64,000 nt of DNA from Endomicrobiales bacterium (GTDB taxonomy: Bacteria > Elusimicrobiota > Endomicrobiia > Endomicrobiales > JALOBY01): contig CAWCNJ010000007.1 of NCBI GenBank assembly GCA_963796955.1, positions 32,001 to 96,000 of the forward strand. The letters are read 5' to 3'. The position numbers and the translations under genes are program-made. The notes beneath the pieces are model-generated. The model worked only from the letters and a program-made list of their open reading frames with translations. It had not been told where the DNA came from and did no database searches. Below are positions 1 through 9,723 of this stretch, in pieces; the first letter of the stretch is position 1, and each line of letters starts with the position of its first letter.

Positions 1-2
1 TT

Positions 3-866
3 TCAAAAAAAGCCTTATTGCTGGCCCATGGCATGGTACCGGAAGGCAGCAAAAGTCCTTTGCTTGCGCTTGTGGCCGGCAACCTTGCTTCTATTGCCCA
101 CATCTCAGTTATGGTACCGTATAACAAAGGGCTGATGGCCTCGCAGATAGGGCCGAACGAGGTTGATGAAACCAGGCTCGCTTTGAATGAAATGGCGCGA
201 ATATTCCCGGATAAGCGAAAGGGGATAATGTCATTTTGTTATGCCAATGGCGTGGTTCTGTCGGCATTGCATGGTTTTGAGAAATGTCCGGTTGATTTTC
301 TGGTTTTGTGGGGAAGTTACGCGAACCTGACGGATGCCACGATGTATAGCCTGACTGGCTTTTACCGCCTTAAAGATTCCCTGTTGTATGCAGAGCCTGA
401 TCAGGATATTCGCAACAGATATTTCGATCAGCGTTACTGGTATTTGTCTTTTGAGCCGAAACGCCGCGAAATTGTTCAAGCTGCGGTAATAAAAGGCGAT
501 CCTGCCGCTTTGCGCGGCGACGAGCTGTCGGTTTATAAGTTTTTACGCAACAATGACCATAAAAAATTCAACGATCTGTTCAGCAGGCTGCCGGCAGGAT
601 GTATCTTGTGGCAGGAAAGTATGTCGGCCGCACAGAACTTGAGTTTTCTGCATATACCGGTTATATTCGTTCATAGTAAGCGCGACGTGGTCGTGCCGTA
701 TCATGAAACGGTGAAGCTGTATGATTCTTATCGTGGCGAAAAGAAGATTTTTTTGCTAGACCTGCTTGAACACGTTGATCCTCTTAAATTCAGTAACAGC
801 TTCATGGAATCTGTAAGAGGTATTTTTGAATACTACCGCTTCCTGGTCGCCCTTCTCGCCGCCTGA
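3..866 (+). CDS. Alpha/beta-hydrolase-fold protein, 5'-truncated by the window edge
   Basis: Frame is open from base 3 (SKKALLLAHG). Hydrolase-like motifs LLAHG, PVIFVHSKRDVVVP and a late His (LEHVD). The nucleophile elbow reads SFCYAN rather than GxSxG. Confidence 0.6.
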   Translation, partial: SKKALLLAHGMVPEGSKSPLLALVAGNLASIAHISVMVPYNKGLMASQIGPNEVDETRLALNEMARIFPDKRKGIMSFCYANGVVLSALHGFEKCPVDFLVLWGSYANLTDATMYSLTGFYRLKDSLLYAEPDQDIRNRYFDQRYWYLSFEPKRREIVQAAVIKGDPAALRGDELSVYKFLRNNDHKKFNDLFSRLPAGCILWQESMSAAQNLSFLHIPVIFVHSKRDVVVPYHETVKLYDSYRGEKKIFLLDLLEHVDPLKFSNSFMESVRGIFEYYRFLVALLAA

Positions 867-963
867 ACCTATTTCACATCTAATTCACCATTACTTCAGT
901 CCAATTTCTCATCCTTGCTGTATAATAACTACGAAATAGAAGTGTTCTTCAATTAAATGGGAG

Positions 964-1194
964 ATGATTACCATGTCACTCGAAGAATTCATAAGGCTGG
1001 AAGCAAGGGTGCTTGGGGCGGTTAAGGCTAAAGACCCCAATATGGTATGGCAGGCCATAGAATGCGGCGCGGCTGACCGTCTTCGCCTGTATGCCGAAAG
1101 CCGTAACTACAATGTTTCACAGGAAGAAATGACACAGATCATGTGGGCCGAGCTTTGTTACCATGCGGTGCTTAAACCGAATAATGTGCAGTAG
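964..1194 (+). CDS. Hypothetical protein (76 aa)
   Basis: ORF with a GGGAG-like RBS; TATAAT at 921-926 upstream. Confidence 0.55.
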   Translation: MITMSLEEFIRLEARVLGAVKAKDPNMVWQAIECGAADRLRLYAESRNYNVSQEEMTQIMWAELCYHAVLKPNNVQ

Positions 1195-1293
1195 CCTGCC
1201 TTGGAATGTGCAAAAGTTATTGAAAATATAGATAAAAGCTGTTATGCTATTACTACGGTCGGCAAAAAGTCTGTCTGATAGTGTTTTTTTAAT

Positions 1294-1328
1294 TTGACGC
1301 GTGTGCAAAATTTCACAATAATTTTGCA
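1294..1328 (+). promoter_or_regulatory. Putative promoter with overlapping palindromic operator
   Basis: TTGACG (1294-1299), 17 nt, AATAAT (1317-1322). A perfect 9-bp inverted repeat TGCAAAATT-N7-AATTTTGCA (1304-1328) covers the -10. A second TATAAT lies at 1361-1366. Confidence 0.45.
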
Positions 1329-1437
1329 TTTATTTTATATATAGTTTCAAGTTGCGGTCGTATAATATAACAGAGCATTCGGATGTGGTTTAATCCCCTG
1401 TTCCGATTTTCGACTTTCTGCCGTAAAGGGTGAAACC

Positions 1438-1992
1438 GTGAAGCAACTGGTCGTGGCGCTCATGATACTTGTGCAATTCACTCACGCTTCCGTCGAAGCG
1501 GTGATCTATTCGGATATCGGCTCGGCGCAGGTTTTTCAGCCTGTTTCCTGCGTGGAGCTTTTAAAGATCGTTTGCGGTAATACCGTCGACAGTCTTAAAG
1601 GCATGGCGGCCCTGGTTAATTTGGCTGCTGCCCGGTCAAAAATGCCGTCGCGCCCCGCAAGAGCCCCGGCGCGGAATGCAAGAAATACGGTGGCGATATT
1701 CCAGCCGGTGCGCCCCGGCGAGAACGGGCGAGATCTATCCGTTTCACCGGTTATGGACGAGCGGATGTATGCGCGCGGGAAAGCAGCTTTTAGCATGTTG
1801 CCTGCTGGGGCGGTAGTGTTATTTATAACTGTTTGCATGTTCTTTTTTCGCCGGGAATTACTTGCCTGGCTGGCAGGCTTTGTACATTTTCCCGGTAATG
1901 TCCTACTACTTATTTTCTTCCGGAAAACCCTGATCACCGTTACACGTGGCCGGGGTTTTCAAATTTCGGAGGCGCCATCATGCGGCGGTTAA
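1438..1992 (+). CDS. Hypothetical exported/membrane protein upstream of the giant gene
   Basis: GTG start after AAAGGG, signal-like N-terminus, C-terminal hydrophobic helices; overlaps the giant-gene start by 13 nt. Confidence 0.55.
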   Translation: MKQLVVALMILVQFTHASVEAVIYSDIGSAQVFQPVSCVELLKIVCGNTVDSLKGMAALVNLAAARSKMPSRPARAPARNARNTVAIFQPVRPGENGRDLSVSPVMDERMYARGKAAFSMLPAGAVVLFITVCMFFFRRELLAWLAGFVHFPGNVLLLIFFRKTLITVTRGRGFQISEAPSCGG

Positions 1993-4900
1993 TTAATCTC
2001 TGGCGCGGATTGGTTCTGTGGGTTCAGTCGCTCACGGTAATGAAATCTTTTTGCATTGTGCTGCTTTCGGCATTCTTTATCAACACTATGATGTGGTCGG
2101 GCGGCTACGCCCAGGCGCTGGACGATCAGCGAAATAAAGATAAGCACCAGCACGATGTGCTATATCAGAACCCCGGCTACCTCTCTCCCCAGGCCGCCCA
2201 GAACGGCCCTTATAAACAGCAGTTGGACCCCACCACGAACCAGACTCTTTTGATCAATCGTACCGATGGTACGATCGCCGGAATACGGGATAATGCGACC
2301 GGCATGACCCTGATGTATGTAAAAGATAAGAACGATCCGACCAAAATTACCACGATCGTAACGGATAAGGATGGTAACCGGCTCGGTTCATTTGAAGGTA
2401 CAAAAAGTTTTGCCGACGTAAAAAAAGCAGGGATCACAGAGACGCCGCAAAATGGACCGACGAAGAGAGGTCCCGAAGTACGGAAACAACGCCGCGGCGG
2501 CGATGATGTTGCTCCGGGTGATACTATTAAGGATGGCGACAAAACCGGTAGTTCCGGTCAGCCCGGCTCGGATGGGTTGTCTAAGGGTATTTCCGATTGG
2601 TTGACCGCGTATAATAATGCCGACCCCGCCACACAGGCGTCAATGCTTAAAGATGCCGGCCTTTCCGCTCAGCAGGTAAAGGCGATGTCCAAAGAAACCC
2701 AGGAAAAACTTGCCGCCTATCTGAAATCTAAGGAAGATAAAGATAAAGGAGGCATCACGGCACGGGGCCTTGCACAAAGGCGCGGCGGGCTGAGCGCCTT
2801 TATGGACATGGTACGCAGCGGCGCGACAATGTCGCTGCAAAACCTTGTAAGTTTCTTCTCTAAGAAGACTAATCCCGACGGCACGCAGGCATTGGTAAGC
2901 ATGGCCGATATTCAGGCCGCGGCTGCCGCTAACGGCGTAACGCTTATTGCTTCGCAGACAGATATGGGCGGCCTTGCCGATGCCTCCGCCAACGGTCCGG
3001 TAATTGCCCACCTCGCCGGTTCTAAAGGCCAGCCAGGCTCGTTCGTTCTGGTGACGAATGTAAGCAACGGCAACGTAACGTTTACCAGCGCCGACGGGAA
3101 ACACAGATATACCGTAACGGAAGACCAGTTCAAAAAGATGGGCTTTGACGGTAAAATACTTTCAACAAAGGCCGAAGGAACAGGCCTCAGCGGCAGCGCC
3201 GCTACCGCTACAAAAGGCAATTTTGTAACGCGCCTTCTGGGAAGCATTTGGAAGGCATTTAAAAGCGCCGCAACCCCGGCCGCTACGCCGCCCGCGACAG
3301 GGCCAACCCCGCGTGTAGCGAAATCCAAAGCACAGACGCCGCCAGCGGCTACACCGCCTGCAGCTACGCCGCCGGTAGCAAATCCGCCGACTGGTCCTAC
3401 GCCGGTCGCGCCTACCACGCAGCCCCCTGCTGCTACAAGCCCGGATGCCTCGACGGTTATCACTAACGTCAAAAAATGGATGTACGACTTTTTGCACGCC
3501 GATGCGGCGACCCAGGCAGCCATGCTCGCCAAGCTCGGTCTGACGGCCGGTGTGCTTGCGAGCCTTGGCCTTACGGTGGCGAGTATCGCAAAAAGCCTGG
3601 CACAAAATGGCGACAAGATCATAAGCTACCTTGAAGCTCAGGGCGACAAGATATTCAACTGCGCGGTAGACGCGCTTGGCGGCCTGCTGACCGGGTCTAA
3701 CAAAAACGGTCTTACGCTGAACATGATATTGGTAGATATGGTCACGGGGGGTTTAACCGACCAGGCGGCAGCCGGCGCTCAAAGGATACAATTTAGCTTC
3801 CTCGCCATTAATACCACAGCCAAAGTTAACGGGCTTACCCTTACCGCTGCCAATACGAATATGGCAGGCCTTGGCCAGGCCACCGCGGGCGGTAAACCGG
3901 TCATTGTGCATCTTAATGGAGACAGTACAGGGCATTTCGTTACCGTGACCGGCATTTCCAACGGCACCGTTTATTACACCGATTCAGACGGCACAAAAAA
4001 ATCCATGTCCGAGGCGGATTTTGCCAAATCCTGGTCGGGAGATATCCTTACGCAGGCGCCTGTAACGGCGCCCGGTACAAGAACGCTTAACGCGCGTCAG
4101 CAGGCGACGATAAGGGGTGCCGGCACGCAGTCAGTCGGCTACAAGGCAGCTAATAACGAATACAACCAAAAAGGCGCCACCCTTCAGCAGAAACAGGATG
4201 CTCTCGCCCAACTTATAGCGCTCGCTGCGGGCGGTGATGCAGATGCCAAGGCGTTGCTTAAAAAGATACTCGGTGATAACAAGACCGATCCGAGTTTGAT
4301 AGCCATGATCGTCAATGACCCTACTATGAGGAGCTTCCTCAATTCATTGATCGCTGACAAATCTACCAGTACTACTGTCCTCAAAGCGATCATGGGCAGT
4401 ACCGACGAATCTCTGAAGGTAGGCGCCGGAAGAGCCATTATGTATAGCGGGGCGAACATAACTGATAAAAAATGGGCGTTGGACATACTTTTTGGTGTCC
4501 CTTCCGCCCACAGTTTGCTCACCGAATTGGCGACAAATTGGAACTCTACAGATAAGGAAATTCTTAAGTACATGATGGATCACGGCCCCCGTGATATTTC
4601 TTTTGCGTCCGCTAAAACGTTACTTATAAAGAATCAAGGATATCAAAAAGAAGCCATGGCCATGCTGCAGGGTGTCATGGGTGACCCAACCGCCGCCTGG
4701 AGCGACAGGGTTGCCGCGGCAACTATACTTGCAAACAGCAAAAACGCGGACACCACGGTTAAGGGCCAGTCGGATACGGCGCGCAACCTCGCCGCGCAGT
4801 GGCTTATTGATGTCGCTAACGGTACTATAGCATCAGATGCGGCCACAATGCAGAAGGCGCATGCCGCGCTGGTGACTATGGCCAACGACGGCGACGGTAA

Positions 4901-7900
4901 TACCAGCGATGCAATACTGTTAAAGCTTGCAAAATATAAGGATTCAAACGGCGCCGTTGACGATAGCATCGCGATCCCCGCCGCCAAGATGTTCATATAT
5001 ACCGGCAAGAACCAGAAGGATAAGGATGCCCTGATAACCTATCTTGCCGGTGTGGCGCCGGGAGATAAAAAAGTTGAAGGTTTGCTGGAAGATCTCGCAA
5101 AAAATAAAAAATCCGGACAGGGTACGCTTGAAGATCTCCGGGACTGCGGTATTGCAGTAGTTTCAATATATGCATGCGGGACTCTCTTGAACAACAATTG
5201 GGATACCAGCAATTCTAAAGCCAGACTGTTAGCCTGGATGAACGATACATCAGGTAATACCAGTATGGTTTTGCGTATTGAAGCGGCCGGACAGCTGCTT
5301 AGCAGCGCAAATGTCGATGATACGACTAAAGAATCGGCGATTACCCTTCTCGATCAGGAAGCGTCTGTTATATATGTAGGTGACGGCGGAGATACCGCCG
5401 CCATGCAGGCTGCCCAAAAATATCTTAAAGATTATGCGGCCACCTCAACCAATAACACTGTGCTCTTTTTCCTGCTTTACCATTGCAAGTACGCTCCTGC
5501 GCGCGCCATGGCAGGGACTACCATAATAAACAGCAAAGCAAGCATGACGGATAAGCAGTATGCCATAACTTTCCTTGACGGCTTAGCGCCGACTGATTCC
5601 TACGCTGAGAGCGCTCTTAAAACTATCGCAACCAATACCCGCGATGTACCGGTCTTGAAAGCTCTGTTGAACTGCAATGACAAGAAGGTAGTAATAGCCG
5701 CGGCCCTGACTTGTGTTACCAAAATAAATGATGAAGGTGCCAAGGAGTTGGGTGTTGTAAAACTTCTGGGTCTTTTGAGCGACCCCACCTGCGCCACTCA
5801 GGCGAGTGCCGCATTATTGCAGGTAGCGCAAGACAAGAATTCAGGCAAGACGATATTGCAATGGCTGACAGGTCTGTCGGGTGATAAAAATTTCACTATG
5901 GGCGCTGCCTTGACCGATTCTCTCAGGATCGCCGCAGCCAAAACCCTGGTGACCGGCGGTTTCGATCAGAACGCCCAGAACATGGGCATGGACTTGCTAT
6001 TCCATTATGCCAATGGTGATGATGGTTATACGGCTGATCCCGCGATGAAGCAAAAGGCTATAGATACTCTTTCGGCTGTCGCAGGTACAAGCGGGCTGAG
6101 CCAGACTACCCTCTATCGTTTAGCGGATTGCGGTATACAGCAGATACAGGTACAGGCATGGGAGTCTATAGTATTAAGCCCCTATGCCCAGTCCTCCAAC
6201 GATCCCAATGATACACACTCTAAGGATTATGCGTTAAAACAACTGCATGATCGTGCCAAAACCGATCCTGCTGCGATGACGGCATTAAGAAATATCGCCG
6301 GCAGCAGCAGCGCCAACCTTTCTCAAAAGACATTGCAAACCATTATCGGCTACGGCGCTGATTTCAGCGCTATAGTCGTTACCGCGTTAAAAACCGGTTC
6401 CCTGGGCAAGTATGGCAATATGACGGATGGCACTTCCTTTAACGCGTATTGCGTGCGGCAGTTGATACAGTGCGCGAAAGGCAGCTATACCGACGCCGAT
6501 GGCAATGTTGTAAACCTTTCCGATACGGACCGCAAGAGTGCGCGCGGCTATCTTAAGGATATCGCGGGAAATAGCGATGCCAGTGAAGCGGTGCAAACCA
6601 TCCTGATGAAATTGAACCCGGGCGACGACCCGTCGTTCGGCGACATCGCTATAACCGCGGCGACAACGATAACCCTGGGCAAAAAATATAGCGAAAGCGC
6701 CAAGAACGCGGCGGTAGATACACTGCTTGCCTATGCGGGCGCAAACGGCCAAAGCGTCCCGGGGGAATCACCGGCCGACAAGGCTGAGGCACGCGCAAAA
6801 CTGGGCCTTATCGCGAAAAGCCCCGGCTTGAGCGCGGCCAATATTAGAAAACTTGCAGTGTGCGGTATCGGCAGCATTGAAATTCCTGCGCTTGCCAGCG
6901 AGATCGGCAACAAGAATTTTAAACCTGACGAACAGACCGCGGCGCTCCAGCGGCTTAATTTATATTCTGACGGGCAAAAAGACAGCGAGGGCACTCAGTT
7001 CAAGAAAACTGCGGAAGACGCCCTTGTTGGAATAACCCAAAGAATGGACGTCAGTCAAACTATTTTGGCATGGATGAAAGATCATTGCATGGATCCTGTG
7101 GCTAACATGGCCACCTGTTACGCCCTGGTCCTGCGTTTTTACAGCTCCAAGGACGGGAAGGACGCGCTGCAGGATCTGATCGCCTTTGCTAAAAGCACCA
7201 ATGCGGATACCAAAAAGACCGCACTCAGGTATTTGACGAACCTGACAGAGCCGGAGTACGCTACTGAGCCTGTGTTGGTGTCGTTGCTGGAATGCGGTAT
7301 AGGCTCTATTGCGATAGCCGCTGCGCAAACCCTGCTGGGCCTTTCAAAAGATAATGTTCCTTTTTACCAGGCAGCCCAGAACCTGGCGCTTGCCAAACTG
7401 TTAGCCTACGGCTCCGGAAATGTGCCCGGTGCAGATGCCGGCGACAAGAAACTTGCTCATGATGCCCTGCTCGCCGTAGCTAAAGGACCATATACAGATG
7501 CCGCCATCCTGCAAACGCTGATAGGTTTAACGGATCTCAAGGATTTCGGCGATATTTGCGTGGCCGCCTGCGTTACCGCTTTGACCGGCAATCAACATGG
7601 CACTTTTGATCAAAAGCTGCAGGCAGCGGCATTGGCCCAGCTGTTAAGCTTCTATCACTCTACTGATCCGGACATGGCGGCATTTAAAGATACGGTGCTG
7701 GGCGCGCTCAGGACCGTGGCGCAAAGTCCTAATACGTCCGTAGCCATCCTTAAGATACTTGAAACCTGCGGGATACCCGAAATAGAGGTTGACGCGTCGC
7801 TTGGCGTGCTTATGAGCAATGCCAGCGATACCGACAAACTGGCAGCATATGGCTACCTGAAGAAATTCATACTGGAAGATTCCGATCAGAAAGGCGCCGC

Positions 7901-9656
7901 GATAGCCGCGCTTAAGACCGCCGCCGGCAACAACAAAGAAAGCCAGGCTGTCCTTCAACTCTTTATAGATTGTGGTATACCGGAAGTGGTGATAATAGCG
8001 GAAACAACGGCCGCCACCGGGAACTATGACATTAAATTCAAGAAGGCCGCGGCGCAGGCGCTGCTTGACGTGGCGGCGCAGGGCCCAGCCGGCCCGTACT
8101 ACACTATGGTTGTCGCCGCGCTTAAAACCATTGCGGATAATACCAATACAGATGTTAATATACTGAATACGCTCATGAATTGCGGCATCGCCTCAGTTGA
8201 GATCGCTGCCTGCCAGACGATCATCAATGGTAAGTTCACGGGTAATCTCGACGGGGTGCGTGGCCGCCTCGACAGCGCGACACCTTATATAACAGCGTTG
8301 CGTCAGCAGGCTATGGACAAGCTGATGGGCTATGCTCTGGGTGGTACGGCAGACGCCGGTGCGGCCCTTCAAGACCTTAAAAACATTGGCGGAAATCCGA
8401 AATCCGATTCGTGGGTCCTGGCCGCGCTGATGACCTGCGGGATTGCCGGGGTTGAAATTATTGCCGCGAAATCGATGGTATTGAGTAATTATGATTACGC
8501 GACATATAAAACTCAGGCTCTGGAAATACTGCTTGGTTACGCTAACGGCGGCACAGATAATGCCCAGGCCGCCTTTGATGCCATGTTATCGTTGGCTGGA
8601 GATAAAGATCTGTATGGAGAGGCGCTCCTGTGGTTGATGAACGCTGATGTCACACTGGTAAAGGTTAACTCCGACAGTGTTCAATCGATCCAAATAACAG
8701 CCGCCTCAACTATTCTGGTGAGCGGTAATTTTGATCAGAATGGTAAGGACCTTGCGATCGCCATGTTGTTGAATTGCGCACTGAACGGTACGGCCGATGA
8801 TAAGAAGGCCGCCATGGCAGCGCTTAAGGATGCCGCAAAAAACACCAAGGCGAGTTTAAAAACCCTTAATATGCTGATGGATTGCGGCATAGCTTCTATT
8901 GAGATCATGGCCGCAGAGACGTTGTTCACTACTACGGACAACGGGAATGTTAAGGCCGCCTGCATAGATAATTTGTTGTTATTCGCCCAGGACGCATCAG
9001 ATCAAGACGCTATGGCCGCCGCGATTAAAGCGCTCACTGAAATAACCGGAAAAACAGCTGATCAGGATACGCTCCTCAGGCTTATGACGTGCGGTGTAAT
9101 CCCGGTCGAAATCGCGGCAGCTGTTTCTTTGGCCCTTAACGGCGATCCCGGGAAGGATGACGACCAGTCCGTGCGCGACATGGCCATTCAGCACCTTATG
9201 GATATTGCCACGAGCAACTCTCCTTATAAGGCCGCTGCCATTTCTTCCCTGGTCTCCGTCGCCGGCAGCCAGTACGCAACCATACCGTCGTTGACCAGCA
9301 TGATGAATTGCGGCATTGTATCGGTTGAGATCTCCGCGGCAACGACTTTACTAATGCAGATCAAGGATACCAACAACCAGGATCTGCAGGATCAGGCGCT
9401 AGATAAACTTTTCAGCATAGTAAATTTTGTCGATCCCTATACCGGTGCCCAGTCGCCATACAAGCAGGCTGCGATCCTTGCCCTGCAAAATGTTGCCGGC
9501 GACTACACCAATATTGACGGCGATTGGGAAACGCTCCCCGGTTATGGAATGTCTCTGGCATCATTACGAAGGCTCGCCGGATGCGGTATAGCCTCGGTCG
9601 AAAAGATAGCTAATGAGACGCTTAATCTGAGAGCACGGCACGGTTTATCTTGCTAA
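1980..9656 (+). CDS. Giant secreted protein, part 1: signal peptide, two C39-like peptidase domains (one degenerate), Pro-rich linker, HEAT-like alpha-solenoid
   Basis: GGAGG RBS at 1968-1972; signal peptide ending AQA; FNCAVDAL...PVIVHL...GHFVTV...YTDSDG...FAKSWSG C39 pattern; repeated CGIxxVEIAA helical units. Probably continuous with the next ORF. Confidence 0.85.
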   Translation: MRRLINLWRGLVLWVQSLTVMKSFCIVLLSAFFINTMMWSGGYAQALDDQRNKDKHQHDVLYQNPGYLSPQAAQNGPYKQQLDPTTNQTLLINRTDGTIAGIRDNATGMTLMYVKDKNDPTKITTIVTDKDGNRLGSFEGTKSFADVKKAGITETPQNGPTKRGPEVRKQRRGGDDVAPGDTIKDGDKTGSSGQPGSDGLSKGISDWLTAYNNADPATQASMLKDAGLSAQQVKAMSKETQEKLAAYLKSKEDKDKGGITARGLAQRRGGLSAFMDMVRSGATMSLQNLVSFFSKKTNPDGTQALVSMADIQAAAAANGVTLIASQTDMGGLADASANGPVIAHLAGSKGQPGSFVLVTNVSNGNVTFTSADGKHRYTVTEDQFKKMGFDGKILSTKAEGTGLSGSAATATKGNFVTRLLGSIWKAFKSAATPAATPPATGPTPRVAKSKAQTPPAATPPAATPPVANPPTGPTPVAPTTQPPAATSPDASTVITNVKKWMYDFLHADAATQAAMLAKLGLTAGVLASLGLTVASIAKSLAQNGDKIISYLEAQGDKIFNCAVDALGGLLTGSNKNGLTLNMILVDMVTGGLTDQAAAGAQRIQFSFLAINTTAKVNGLTLTAANTNMAGLGQATAGGKPVIVHLNGDSTGHFVTVTGISNGTVYYTDSDGTKKSMSEADFAKSWSGDILTQAPVTAPGTRTLNARQQATIRGAGTQSVGYKAANNEYNQKGATLQQKQDALAQLIALAAGGDADAKALLKKILGDNKTDPSLIAMIVNDPTMRSFLNSLIADKSTSTTVLKAIMGSTDESLKVGAGRAIMYSGANITDKKWALDILFGVPSAHSLLTELATNWNSTDKEILKYMMDHGPRDISFASAKTLLIKNQGYQKEAMAMLQGVMGDPTAAWSDRVAAATILANSKNADTTVKGQSDTARNLAAQWLIDVANGTIASDAATMQKAHAALVTMANDGDGNTSDAILLKLAKYKDSNGAVDDSIAIPAAKMFIYTGKNQKDKDALITYLAGVAPGDKKVEGLLEDLAKNKKSGQGTLEDLRDCGIAVVSIYACGTLLNNNWDTSNSKARLLAWMNDTSGNTSMVLRIEAAGQLLSSANVDDTTKESAITLLDQEASVIYVGDGGDTAAMQAAQKYLKDYAATSTNNTVLFFLLYHCKYAPARAMAGTTIINSKASMTDKQYAITFLDGLAPTDSYAESALKTIATNTRDVPVLKALLNCNDKKVVIAAALTCVTKINDEGAKELGVVKLLGLLSDPTCATQASAALLQVAQDKNSGKTILQWLTGLSGDKNFTMGAALTDSLRIAAAKTLVTGGFDQNAQNMGMDLLFHYANGDDGYTADPAMKQKAIDTLSAVAGTSGLSQTTLYRLADCGIQQIQVQAWESIVLSPYAQSSNDPNDTHSKDYALKQLHDRAKTDPAAMTALRNIAGSSSANLSQKTLQTIIGYGADFSAIVVTALKTGSLGKYGNMTDGTSFNAYCVRQLIQCAKGSYTDADGNVVNLSDTDRKSARGYLKDIAGNSDASEAVQTILMKLNPGDDPSFGDIAITAATTITLGKKYSESAKNAAVDTLLAYAGANGQSVPGESPADKAEARAKLGLIAKSPGLSAANIRKLAVCGIGSIEIPALASEIGNKNFKPDEQTAALQRLNLYSDGQKDSEGTQFKKTAEDALVGITQRMDVSQTILAWMKDHCMDPVANMATCYALVLRFYSSKDGKDALQDLIAFAKSTNADTKKTALRYLTNLTEPEYATEPVLVSLLECGIGSIAIAAAQTLLGLSKDNVPFYQAAQNLALAKLLAYGSGNVPGADAGDKKLAHDALLAVAKGPYTDAAILQTLIGLTDLKDFGDICVAACVTALTGNQHGTFDQKLQAAALAQLLSFYHSTDPDMAAFKDTVLGALRTVAQSPNTSVAILKILETCGIPEIEVDASLGVLMSNASDTDKLAAYGYLKKFILEDSDQKGAAIAALKTAAGNNKESQAVLQLFIDCGIPEVVIIAETTAATGNYDIKFKKAAAQALLDVAAQGPAGPYYTMVVAALKTIADNTNTDVNILNTLMNCGIASVEIAACQTIINGKFTGNLDGVRGRLDSATPYITALRQQAMDKLMGYALGGTADAGAALQDLKNIGGNPKSDSWVLAALMTCGIAGVEIIAAKSMVLSNYDYATYKTQALEILLGYANGGTDNAQAAFDAMLSLAGDKDLYGEALLWLMNADVTLVKVNSDSVQSIQITAASTILVSGNFDQNGKDLAIAMLLNCALNGTADDKKAAMAALKDAAKNTKASLKTLNMLMDCGIASIEIMAAETLFTTTDNGNVKAACIDNLLLFAQDASDQDAMAAAIKALTEITGKTADQDTLLRLMTCGVIPVEIAAAVSLALNGDPGKDDDQSVRDMAIQHLMDIATSNSPYKAAAISSLVSVAGSQYATIPSLTSMMNCGIVSVEISAATTLLMQIKDTNNQDLQDQALDKLFSIVNFVDPYTGAQSPYKQAAILALQNVAGDYTNIDGDWETLPGYGMSLASLRRLAGCGIASVEKIANETLNLRARHGLSC
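4150..9630 (+). repeat. HEAT/armadillo-like protein repeats with a CG(I/V)xx(V/I)EI(A)A motif
   Basis: About a dozen CGI/CGV motifs in Ala/Leu-rich helical units of roughly 60-80 aa; degenerate at DNA level. Confidence 0.7.
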
Positions 9657-9723
9657 ATCGAAAACAGCTATCGCTCACTCAGAGAAAGAGAAAGCGGATA
9701 AGGCCGCTGGGCCCGTTGCGCCT

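Noticed and set aside
9613..9630. Mini-ORF MRRLI-stop in the ORF2 frame, matching the first five residues of the giant protein
   Set aside because: Codons differ, there is no clear RBS, and the ORF1 frame here fits the repeat consensus (IANETL); probably chance. TGA is used as a stop elsewhere in the window, so recoding is unlikely.
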